Below, piece after piece: positions 1-9,100 of a DNA stretch of 64,000 nucleotides. Numbering within the stretch: the first letter of the stretch is position 1; the number at the start of each line of letters is the position of its first letter. The position numbers were made by a program, and so were the translations under genes. The DNA is from Pelagomonas calceolata (Eukaryota): NCBI GenBank assembly GCA_918797485.1, contig CAKKNE010000002.1, forward strand, positions 434,001-498,000, read 5' to 3'. Under the pieces are notes generated by a model. The model saw nothing but the letters and a program-made list of their open reading frames with translations. It was not told the DNA's origin and made no database searches.

Positions 1-861
1 CTGTACGTGCCCCCGGACGAAGAGCGCCTGGCCGCCGGCCGCGAGCGCGCAGGACACGCCGTACAGCAGGGCGCCCGCGAGCTGGTCCTTCTCGAGCTTG
101 TACACGCCCGTCCGGTGGCGCAGGTACAGGTGCAGGAGCGCCGCCACCAGCAACGCCTCGGCGCACCAGAGCGGCGCGAACGCGTCGACGGCGCCGGCGG
201 GCGGGAACGCGGCCGACGCGCGGAGGCGCCTCACACCGAGCGCCAGGCTCAACCAACTCAAACAGTGGAGCGTCGCGCCGAGCTCGCCGCCGTTCTGGCG
301 GTCGTCCGTCGAGAAGCCGCGCCGGCCCCGCAGGACGATCGACGCCGCGACCGCGACCGTCTCTAAACTTAAGATGCAGAGGCAGGCCCGGGCGAGGCGG
401 TCGTTTCGTTTTTGACCATCTACGCTCAGGACGCCGGCCAGCGCCCAGAGCTGCGCCGCGAGGACCACGCCCGCGGCCGGCACGCTCAGCGCCACGCCGC
501 AGGCGCCGCGCCGCGCGAGCGGCAGCGCGTCCTCGTGGATCGCGCCCTCGCCATTCGAAACGGTCCCGTAGGCGAACTCGTCCGGCGCCGGCGGCCGCAG
601 CCGCAGCTGCGCCGCCGTCCGGAGGAACCGGACCTGCGCCGCGAAGGCCGCGCCCGTCGCCGCGAAGAAGGGCAGCGCCGCGACGGCCCACGGCAGCGCG
701 GTAAAACCGGCGAGCCTGGCCGCCACGAGGACCGCGCCGGCCACGTGCAGGTCGACGCACCGCGCGCAGCCGTCCGCGACGTCGTGGATGATTTTTGCAG
801 CGCCGTCGCCTCTTCGGCGGCGGAGCTCCAGCGTTACCGGGCTACCCGTCGGGAGAGCCAT
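1..861 (-). CDS. Multi-pass membrane protein, possibly TMEM185/TMEM203-like; 3' end runs off the window
   Basis: Absent from the ORF track because it has no stop in the window. Manual translation from the ATG at 861 is open to base 1 (MALPTGSPVTLEL...ALPWAVAALPFF...DAFAPLWCAEALLVAALL...GHVQ), with several hydrophobic helices and WxxxxxPF/FAPLW motifs. Confidence 0.6.
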   Translation of the reverse strand, partial: MALPTGSPVTLELRRRRGDGAAKIIHDVADGCARCVDLHVAGAVLVAARLAGFTALPWAVAALPFFAATGAAFAAQVRFLRTAAQLRLRPPAPDEFAYGTVSNGEGAIHEDALPLARRGACGVALSVPAAGVVLAAQLWALAGVLSVDGQKRNDRLARACLCILSLETVAVAASIVLRGRRGFSTDDRQNGGELGATLHCLSWLSLALGVRRLRASAAFPPAGAVDAFAPLWCAEALLVAALLHLYLRHRTGVYKLEKDQLAGALLYGVSCALAAGGQALFVRGHVQ

Positions 862-1051
862 CGCTGCGCGCGTGACTGCTGGCACCACGAGTGGCTGCCA
901 CTGCTGTGCAGCGTCACAGCCGACAATGACAGGCACACGGTGCGCTGTACAACTCCGGGCCACAATTACTGTTACTCTCCGCAGTTCGCACGCTCAGTAG
1001 TGTTGGCACGCCGCCACGCCGACGCCGAAGCGGCGGGCCGGCATAGTCGAG

Positions 1052-1073
1052 CTAGTGTACAGACACACACTAG
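1052..1073 (-). promoter_or_regulatory. Degenerate copy of the 22-bp CTAG-N14-CTAG upstream element
   Basis: + strand ctagtgtacagacacacactag; same length and ACACTAG end as the consensus; 191 bp upstream of ATG 861. Confidence 0.4.
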
Positions 1074-1217
1074 CCCTGAAACAACTATTCCCGCGAACAT
1101 ATATCTTTCCAAAAGCCTAGCGCACGGTTTCTAACAGCACCCGCCCGATTGATGATGATGAGAAACTATCTCGGAAAAAACTTGTTACACACGGAAGAAC
1201 AAAGGACACGAGAGATG

Positions 1218-1964
1218 CTATCGAGGCTGCGGCGCCTGCCGCCGCACCAACGTCGCATGATGGTCGAGCATGTCGCACTCGTTCGAGAGCTCGGCCGCGC
1301 GGAGCTTCATCGCGACGAGCTCGCCCGTCAGGACTTCGACGGCGCCGTCGTCGTTCCGCCGCACGTCCTCTAATTGTGCGCTGAGCGCGGCCTCCTCGCG
1401 CCGCACCTCGGCGACCTCGAGTTCCAGGTCGCGGCACTGCTGCTCCGAGTCCTTGACCAGACCGAGCCACATCTCCTTCTGCTCGACGAGGGACCGCCGC
1501 GCGTCGTCGATCTCGCGCCGGTACCGCCGCTCGCGCGCCTCGCGCGCCTCGCGCGTCGTTCTTTTGGCGAGCGCCGCGGCGGCGGCCTTCTTCGCCGCGT
1601 CCTCGCGTTTTCGTCGCTCCTTCCGCGAGAGCTTTTCCTTCGGCGTCTCCTCTTGGCGCGCCGGGGCCGCGGGCGGCGGCGCCGGGGGCTCCTTGGCCTC
1701 CTCGCGCGGTGTAGGAGGCGGGGGCGACGGCCGCTGCGGCGTCGTCGGCGGCGGCGCGGTCGGCAGGTCGTATAAACCGATCTCCGGCGGCGGCGGCTTC
1801 TTCTTGCGCGTCGACATCTTCTTCGCGGCCGTCGCGCCGGCCGCCGCCTTGGACTTGGCCGCGGCGGCGGCCTTCGACGCGGCGAGCTTGGCGCGCTGGT
1901 ATCGCGAGACCTTCTTGTCATTTGCTCTTACCTCGTAGAAGGTGGACTCCTCGGTCTCGGGCAT
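1218..1964 (-). CDS. Hypothetical Lys/Pro-rich coiled-coil protein
   Basis: ORF 1218..2072; first ATG at 1964 (MPETEES); heptad-like C-terminal half. Confidence 0.55.
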   Translation of the reverse strand: MPETEESTFYEVRANDKKVSRYQRAKLAASKAAAAAKSKAAAGATAAKKMSTRKKKPPPPEIGLYDLPTAPPPTTPQRPSPPPPTPREEAKEPPAPPPAAPARQEETPKEKLSRKERRKREDAAKKAAAAALAKRTTREAREARERRYRREIDDARRSLVEQKEMWLGLVKDSEQQCRDLELEVAEVRREEAALSAQLEDVRRNDDGAVEVLTGELVAMKLRAAELSNECDMLDHHATLVRRQAPQPR

Positions 1965-2184
1965 TGTGGCTGAACGCTGGGGAGTACTCAGTCGATAGCT
2001 GGGGAGTACTAACTCCCGCTTTGGCTTTGCAGGCTGGGATGCTCTCTGGACCAGGAGAGCGGTTTCTCGCAACCGTGACGGGAGCAGTGCTGAGCAACCA
2101 GCAGCCCTGCTATCTGCTGTCTCCCGATGTCCCGATGAGCAGCGACCACGCCCTGGACGGGCTGAACAGCCTGCTTGCCAAATG

Positions 2185-2206
2185 CTAGTGTCTTACGTGC
2201 CGCTAG
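2185..2206 (+). promoter_or_regulatory. 22-bp upstream element
   Basis: ctagtgtcttacgtgccgctag, 100 bp upstream of ATG 2306. Confidence 0.65.
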
Positions 2207-2305
2207 CTACCCAAAAACGACCGGAAGCTCCAGACGAGCGTCTGCGCGGTTATTTTTATTCGTTTTGGCACGCATTGATGCGCCAGTGCTGTGCCAATAG
2301 GCTGC

Positions 2306-3319
2306 ATGCACTGCCAGCTCTTGCTAGCCATTTGCCTGGGCACTGCCTCGAGCCTGCAGCCGCTCCAGCAGCGCGTTCGGCCTCCTTTCAGCGTTAAGCA
2401 GCGCGTTCGGACTCCTTTCAGTCAACCAACAATGGCGCTGCAGCCACTTATGCAGCAGATTGGCCGCACTACCCTCGGCACCGCCGTCGCCTACAAAGTA
2501 GCCAAGGGCGGGCACAAGCGCGGCTCACTGAATGAGGACGGCGCGGTCGCGGCGTTTGCGGTGGCGGCAGGGGCGTTCAGCTGCTCCTTTCGAAGCGGAA
2601 TCACGCTGCTTTGCTTCTATAAGACGGGGTCGATGCTCACGAAATATGGCGCAGCAGTCAAGCAGAAGCTCGAGGACGACTACGTTGCGGGCGAAGGTCA
2701 GCGCGGCGCTGGCCAGGTGCTGGCGTGCAGTGCTATTGCCGTCGCCTGCGCGATACTGCGCCGAGTTTTCGTCGGGACGGACGGACCGCTCTCGCTCGGA
2801 GTCGGGGAACTGGAGTGCCTCGGCAACCGGCTCACTCTCGCCTTTGTCGCCTTCTTCGGCTGCTGCGCGGGCGACACATATGCGTCGGAGCTCGGAATTT
2901 TATCTAAGGCGCCACCTCGTCTGGTCACGAAGCCGTGGCAAATGGCCAAGCCCGGGACGAACGGCGGTATCTCTGCGCTGGGTACCGCAGCTTCGGCTGC
3001 CGGCGGAATCGCGATGGGCCTCTGCCACGGCCTCTTCATGTTCCCGCTGTCGCTACGCGACGTCGCGGCGCTGGCGTACGTCGGCCTCTTAGCCGGCGCT
3101 GGCGGGTCGCTGGTCGACTCATTGCTAGGAGCGACCGTGCAAGCGAGCTACTTCTGTTCGGAGAAGCAGAAGATCGTGAAGAGGCCCACTGCGACGACGA
3201 CGCATGTTTCCGGTCTCCCCATCCTCTCGAACGAGATGGTCAACTTCGTCTCGACGGCACTCGTCGCGTGGGCCGCCTACGCGGCGCCGCGACGACTCCT
3301 CCTCCGCTTCGCTACGTAA
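2306..3319 (+). CDS. DUF92/TMEM19-family integral membrane protein with an N-terminal signal/transit-like peptide
   Basis: Motifs GQRGAGQVLA, GDTYASELG, PGTNGGISALGT, GSLVDSLLGATVQ and LSNEMVNF are typical of DUF92. Confidence 0.85.
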   Translation: MHCQLLLAICLGTASSLQPLQQRVRPPFSVKQRVRTPFSQPTMALQPLMQQIGRTTLGTAVAYKVAKGGHKRGSLNEDGAVAAFAVAAGAFSCSFRSGITLLCFYKTGSMLTKYGAAVKQKLEDDYVAGEGQRGAGQVLACSAIAVACAILRRVFVGTDGPLSLGVGELECLGNRLTLAFVAFFGCCAGDTYASELGILSKAPPRLVTKPWQMAKPGTNGGISALGTAASAAGGIAMGLCHGLFMFPLSLRDVAALAYVGLLAGAGGSLVDSLLGATVQASYFCSEKQKIVKRPTATTTHVSGLPILSNEMVNFVSTALVAWAAYAAPRRLLLRFAT

Positions 3320-3344
3320 CACAGTCTTAACACAACAAACACTC

Positions 3345-5042
3345 CTAGCGCGAAGGCCAGTCGAACCGCCGCCCGGCGAAGTCGAACAGCAGCTCGTTGT
3401 GCGGCGCGAAGAAGCGCGCCAGGTCGCTCCGTAGGGCCTCGGGCATCGGCGCCGTGTAGGCCGCGTCGAGGCGCCAGCCGTTCTTCTCGAAGTCCGGCCA
3501 GCGGCGGTCCATCTCGGCTTTGAGCGACGCGTCCGACAGGTCCTCGTAGGTGTGCCGGGGCAACCGATGAGCGACGGCGTCGAGCGCGCGCTGCGGGTCG
3601 CGCCGCAACACGTCCTGGTCGACCACCACGATATCACTAGAAACGACGCCGCCCCGCAGGCATCTTTGTAATTGCGCCGCGTACAGGCCGCGGTAGAGGT
3701 ACTGGGCCGAGATGCCCGTGCGCACGCGCACGCACTTCGTGATGAGGTCGGCCGCGGCGTCCATGGACGGCGGCACCATCCAAGAAAAGTGCGTCCGCGC
3801 GCAGTCGTGGAAGAGCGCGACCTCGTCCCGCATGACCGCCTCCAGGTCGCCCAGCCGCTCGCGCGTGCCTTCCTTGAAGCACTGCGTCGCGTCGAAGCGC
3901 GCGGCGCCGCGGCCGCCTCCTATGAGATCGGCGAGGGGCTCCTTTGTCCCTTCGTCGGCCACCCAGAAGCACGCCTTCAGCCACTCGTACAACGCGCTCC
4001 GGTCGTCGCCCCCCGCCTGCTTCGCTGCCTTGGCCTTCCGCGCGATCTGGACGCCGACGGACACCGCAAACTGCGGGAACTTGGCCAATGCTTGGAGTTC
4101 CGAAGGCGCGCACGCTCTCAAACCGCGCGTCGCGTTGCGCGGGCCGGCCTCGGCGACGCACCGCAGGATCGCCCCGGCGTGCGCCTGCAGCGCTTTTTCA
4201 AATCCGTCCTGGCCCTGCACGCGCCGGTGCTTCATCTGGTACTCGGAGTAGGCCCGCGCCACGGGCTCCCTGACAATCAGCACGTAGGTGGCCCGCCGTC
4301 CGAGCTGCGCCGCCATGTGCGTACACGCCTCGGTCGAGGCGATGTAGAACGGCGTCGCCTCGGCCGTCGCTTTCAACTCGTCGCGCGCCGGGAACTTGAG
4401 CAGGTACCCCAGGGGCCCGGGGCAGAGGCTCTCGTTCTTGTCGAAGAAGTGGAGCTCCTTGTCCCGCGAGAACGCTATATTAGGGTGCCGCGTGAGGTGC
4501 ACCGCGAGGGCCGTGCTGCCGGACTTCTGGGCGCCGACGATGACCAAACTCGGGAAGCAGCGCCACGTCGTCGCGGCCGTTACGAGGTTGACGCCCTCGG
4601 CCCGGGCCGCGCTCCGGGCGATGCGCGCGAAGTGCGCCGGGTACTCGTCGGCCAGGAGCTCGGCCCGCGCGAGCGTCGCGCGGCAGCACGCGCGCGTCCC
4701 GCCGCCCGGCGCCGGCGCGGCGACGCACTCGAGGCCCTCCGCGGCCGGGACGCCGTCGGTCCAGGCGAGGGGGGCGGCCTTCGGCGCGCGCCTGCGCACA
4801 CCCGCGCGCGACCGGCTCTCGCAGACGTTCGGGTCGTCCGGCTGAACCGGGCGGCGGCGGCGGCGGCGCCGCCGCGGAGCGTCCTCGCCGCCGGCCGCCG
4901 CGCGCCGCGGGTGCGACGCGTAGCGCGCGTCGCCGAAGCCGTAGCTCTGGCGCGCCGCGCGCCGCAGCGATGCGTAGTTGTCTTGTGCTGTCGCTTGTGC
5001 TGTCGCGTAGGCGACGAGCGCGTACAGCGTCGCGCAGCGCAT
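3345..5042 (-). CDS. Sulfotransferase (heparan sulfate O-sulfotransferase-like) with signal peptide
   Basis: 5'-PAPS-binding GAQKSGST, KELHFFD, EATPFY, REPVARAYSEY and C-terminal FFAPHNELL; signal peptide MRCATLYALVAYATA. Confidence 0.85.
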   Translation of the reverse strand: MRCATLYALVAYATAQATAQDNYASLRRAARQSYGFGDARYASHPRRAAAGGEDAPRRRRRRRRPVQPDDPNVCESRSRAGVRRRAPKAAPLAWTDGVPAAEGLECVAAPAPGGGTRACCRATLARAELLADEYPAHFARIARSAARAEGVNLVTAATTWRCFPSLVIVGAQKSGSTALAVHLTRHPNIAFSRDKELHFFDKNESLCPGPLGYLLKFPARDELKATAEATPFYIASTEACTHMAAQLGRRATYVLIVREPVARAYSEYQMKHRRVQGQDGFEKALQAHAGAILRCVAEAGPRNATRGLRACAPSELQALAKFPQFAVSVGVQIARKAKAAKQAGGDDRSALYEWLKACFWVADEGTKEPLADLIGGGRGAARFDATQCFKEGTRERLGDLEAVMRDEVALFHDCARTHFSWMVPPSMDAAADLITKCVRVRTGISAQYLYRGLYAAQLQRCLRGGVVSSDIVVVDQDVLRRDPQRALDAVAHRLPRHTYEDLSDASLKAEMDRRWPDFEKNGWRLDAAYTAPMPEALRSDLARFFAPHNELLFDFAGRRFDWPSR

Positions 5043-5207
5043 CGTGGTCAGTGCAGTGTGTTCCAGTATGTGCCGCTGTTGCGCTTGTGTCGCCGCGCAC
5101 TGCGTCTCCGCGCTGTCGCGCTTGATGTATGATATGCTTGCAGGTGCGCAACTCACTGATTGCGTCGATGCGACGCCCACAGCCTTTGTTGGACCGGAAT
5201 GATTAGG

Positions 5208-5229
5208 CTAGCGGCAAGTAAGACACTAG
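5208..5229 (-). promoter_or_regulatory. 22-bp upstream element
   Basis: + strand ctagcggcaagtaagacactag, 166 bp upstream of the sulfotransferase ATG. Confidence 0.65.
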
Positions 5230-5242
5230 GGGTCGAAACAAA

Positions 5243-5779
5243 CTACCTCTCCTTAGCCACCGCGTCGGCCACGAGCAGCCGCAGCCCGCGCACGTACTCG
5301 CTCGCCTCGGCATCGCTCCGGGCAACCAAATCAAGCGTCCGCCCGTCGGCCATGTCAAGGACGAAGGCGCGCCCCGCATGGCTCGGGTGCAGGCCCTTTC
5401 GCAGCGCCTCGGTGCCGCCGTGGGTGGGATTCTTCGGGTCCGGCTCCAAGGCCGTCCGCACGCGCTTGATGTCGGTCAAAGCGTAGACCTTGCGCGGCGT
5501 CATGCGCGGCTGCGATTTCTCGCCCGGCATTGGGCGCCACGTGAACGTGCGCCGTGCGGCGTCGACGAGGGAGAAGACGCGGCGCTGCGACGCGCCGTTT
5601 CGTCCGAATTTTATGAGCCGCAGCCCGTTTGCGAATTTCTGTTCGAAGTCTGCGCGCGCCGCCTGGTCGTCCAAGCGCGCGGGGCGCGGCAGCGGCGGCG
5701 CGGCTGGTGCCTCTGCCGGCACCTCATCGTCCTTCGGCAGGCAGATCTCCAGGAGCGGGCCGGGCATGGAGTTGCCCAT
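5243..5779 (-). CDS. PH-domain protein (PLC-type PH) with a possible N-myristoylation site
   Basis: GLRLIKFGRNG...RRVF, LTDIKRVR, RTLDLVARSDAEASEYVRGLRLL; MGNS N-terminus. Confidence 0.7.
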   Translation of the reverse strand: MGNSMPGPLLEICLPKDDEVPAEAPAAPPLPRPARLDDQAARADFEQKFANGLRLIKFGRNGASQRRVFSLVDAARRTFTWRPMPGEKSQPRMTPRKVYALTDIKRVRTALEPDPKNPTHGGTEALRKGLHPSHAGRAFVLDMADGRTLDLVARSDAEASEYVRGLRLLVADAVAKER

Positions 5780-6219
5780 GATTTATGCGTGTGATCTTGA
5801 TTTTGCACCCGCCTTGGCTGCCCTATCATTTGCAATCGATCAAATCTGTCGAGCTCGAAGCCGTGAGCGTCTAGACGCCCAGGCTCGCCGCCAAAATGGA
5901 TTTATTTGCCTCGCAATCGATATCAAAGTTGTACAGGTTTTTGCTGCGGAGACCCGCACGGTATTTTCTCCGCTTCCCTATCTTTCGTTCTTAGATTGAA
6001 GAAGAATCGAAGAAGAATCGTCAGGGTCTAGGGTAAATCGACAAACGCTCGGAGAGCAAAACAGCAAAATACTCTGACTTGGTGCCGGTTAGCTCTGGCA
6101 CTCGTCGCACATAGGCCTTATTTCCTGCACGTCGGAACATAATAGCAAGCGCACGTCACCTCTTACGCGTCCGGTTGTGTTTCAGCAGCGCTCACGGCTC
6201 GTTGTGGGCTGCCGAAGAG

Positions 6220-7005
6220 ATGTCGAGCAATCTCGTGGCAGAGCTGGCCGCCGCAGGCGTCGCTTGCAGCGTTGCCGACGGCCTGTTTCATCCGCTCGAC
6301 ACGCTGAAGACTCGGCTGCATGCAACACCGACGAACCTATCAAAGGTTATCGTCGACGCGGGCGGCGGCCTCCGCGGACTGCTTGATCTGTGGACGTCCG
6401 GCCTCGCGGCCACTGCTGCGCGCGCATTAACCTTCGCCGCAACGCGTGTCGGCGCTTATCCGAGTGTACGTGACGCGATGTCCTCGGACGCATCGGTTTC
6501 GGTGCGCGTGGCCGCCGGCTCGTTAACGGGCGCGTTGGCCGCGGCCGTATTTACACCACTGGACGTCCTACGACTTCGGTCTCAGCTATCATCCCGTGCG
6601 CACCCGACGCTCGACGTTCTCGGCGGCTTACGCAAACTCGCCGCGAGCGAAGGCTCGTCCGCGTTGTGGAGAGGTGCGAGCGTGAACGTCGCGCGAGCGG
6701 CGGTTTTAACCTCGGCGCAACTCGCGAGCTACGACGGCGCCAAACGGTATCTTCGTGACGAGCGCGGCTGGCGGGAGGACGACTCGTTACACGTCACGGC
6801 GGCGCTGGCTGCGGGCGCGATCGCGCAGACGTTCGTTCAGCCACTCTGCGCCGCGCGAACGAGGATATTTGTCGGACAGCGGCCCGCGAGCGGACCCTTC
6901 TGGAGGGGCTACGCCGCCGGGCTCGCTCGCCAGGGACCCGTCCTCGCGGTCACTCTGACCTTGACCGAACGCGCCCGGGCGGAGCTCGGCCTGTCGCCCA
7001 TGTAG
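6220..7005 (+). CDS. Mitochondrial carrier family protein (UCP/oxoglutarate carrier-like)
   Basis: PX[DE]XX[KR]XR signatures PLDTLKTR and PLDVLRLR; LWRGASVNVARAAVLTSAQLASYD. Confidence 0.85.
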   Translation: MSSNLVAELAAAGVACSVADGLFHPLDTLKTRLHATPTNLSKVIVDAGGGLRGLLDLWTSGLAATAARALTFAATRVGAYPSVRDAMSSDASVSVRVAAGSLTGALAAAVFTPLDVLRLRSQLSSRAHPTLDVLGGLRKLAASEGSSALWRGASVNVARAAVLTSAQLASYDGAKRYLRDERGWREDDSLHVTAALAAGAIAQTFVQPLCAARTRIFVGQRPASGPFWRGYAAGLARQGPVLAVTLTLTERARAELGLSPM

Positions 7006-7098
7006 AAAGTGTGCATCGTTTTCTGGAGTCTCCTGACTGATTCACTGTGTAACATATTGTACGTGCCTCTCACCATCAAATTTAATAATAGACGTTAC

Positions 7099-8053
7099 TC
7101 ATTCCGCCAAACCAAAGAACCGCTCCCGCGCGCCGCCGTCGTCGCCGTCGAGCGTCGCGAGCATGAACGCGCCGCCCCGCCCGGAGACGACGACGGTCAG
7201 CCCGAGGACGCCGCGGTCCTCGTAGGCGATGTCCACCACGCGGTTCGCATCAATCACGAGCTCCGCGGCGCCGTCGCGCAGCTTGAGCAGCTCGCGGCCG
7301 TCGCGCTGCGGCGCGTGCTCGGCGACGGCGAAGCGGCCGGACGCGGACATCTGCGCCGCCTCGGCCTTCATCGCCACGGTCACGCGCCCGAGCCGGCCGT
7401 CGAAGGCCTCCATGAGCGCCCGCGCGGCCGCCGACGGCGCCGGCGCCGCGCGCTCCGGCGGCGGCGCCGCCGCAGGCGCGGCCTCCGCGCCCATGATCCG
7501 CTCCGCGAGCTCGCCGCGCCGCCGCCGCCGCGCGTTGTCCGCGATGATGTTCTGGGCCCACTGCTTCTGGAAGTCCTCGGGCGAGAGGTCCCGGAACGAC
7601 GGCGGGTCGAAGACGGACCCGCCGCCGACGACGGCCGCCCAGGCCGTCGTGCCCCGCGGGTCGTCCGACGCCATAGTGTCGATGGGCGGCGGCACGAGCG
7701 GCGGCGCCGCCGCGCGGCCGTCGACCTGGGGCACCAGGGTCTTGGGCTCGGGCGGCGGCGGCGGGCCCGCGCCGGCCTCGGGCACGAGCATGCGGCCGAC
7801 GCCGGGCGCGCGCGGCGCCGTCGTCGTCGTCATCGTCGTGTCTGGTGCCGGTGGTGTCACGGCGGCCGGCGGCGCGGGCGCGGGCGGCGTGAAGGCCGCG
7901 GCGACCTTGCCCATGGCCCCGGCCGCGAGGTCGGCGAGTGACGCGTCGCGCGGCGGCGGCGCCATGTCGTCGGGCAGCGGCACGGTCGTCGTGCCCGCCG
8001 CGAGGTCTGATAATGATGCGTCTCTTGGTGGTGGCGCCATGTCCGCGGGCAGC

Positions 8054-8088
<35 letters not shown>

Positions 8089-8760
8089 CGCCGGCTCGGC
8101 GCGGGGCGGCGGCGGCGCCTGGCCCGCGCGCTCGTACGCGCGCGCGATGATCTCGTCCGGCGACACGCGGCGCCGCGCGGGCGCGGCCGGGGCCACCGGC
8201 TCGGCTGCCTTCGTTTCGGCCGCCTTCGCAGCCTCCGCGAGCCGGGCGGCCTCGGCGTCGGCCACGCGCTTCGCCTCGGCTGCCTTGGCCGCCTCGACGT
8301 CCTCGAGGCGCTTCTTCTCGGCCGCGGCCACGTCCGCCGCCGGCGCGGGCGCCTTCGGCGCGGGCGCCGGCGCGTAGAGGGAGTCGACGGTGCGCGGCGT
8401 GGTCGGCTTGGCCGCCGGCGCCGCGGCCTCGGCCTCGCGCCGCGCGGCAGCGGCGGCCGCGGCCGCTGCGGGTGTGGCCGGGCGGGCCGTCTCGGGCGTG
8501 AGCACCGGGCCCCGCGGTGCCGGCGGCGGCGGGGGCGCGCGCGATTTCTGCAGCTCGGCGAGCGCCTTCTGCGCCGCCTGGTCCGTTCGAGCGGGAACCG
8601 CGGGCACGGGCTTGGCGCCGACGGCCGGTTTCGCGGCAGGCTTGACCGTCCACACTCTTTTGGGGTCGTTGCCCGCACCCATGGACATGCAAGATGCACG
8701 CGCGGCGAGCATTAGCACCGCTACGGTGATTCTAGCCCGAAACTGGGAGGGGGGCGCCAT
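7099..8760 (-). CDS. Pro/Ala-rich protein with signal/transit peptide and a C-terminal globular domain, possibly ChuX/HutX-like
   Basis: 553-aa ORF with a hydrophobic N-terminus, an internal PxDMAPPPRDASLxDLAAG duplication and a ~110-aa C-terminal beta-rich domain. Confidence 0.55.
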
Positions 8761-9100
8761 CTTTGTTTTCAGGGTCGCGCGTGCCCTTCCGACTGCACGC
8801 GCTGTTTTTAAAGCCTCGCAACTGATGCGTGAGCGTCGTATGAGCAGTGATTTTGCGGCTGTCGTCTAGGGCGCGCCACAATCTGCTGCACAGGTCCAAA
8901 GCCTGGCGGCGGCGAGGAGAGGAGAGCAGCAGAGAGCATTGGCTAGCAGTGCCAACAGCGATTGACTCCTAGAGCTACACGTTGTCGTAAGGTTCGCGAC
9001 GGCTGCTTTACTTCGACTCGTACGGCGAACGGCAGTGTTGCGTCGCATAAGTAAGCCAGCAGCACTACATCGCCCAGCAGCGCTCCTCACCAGCGACGCG

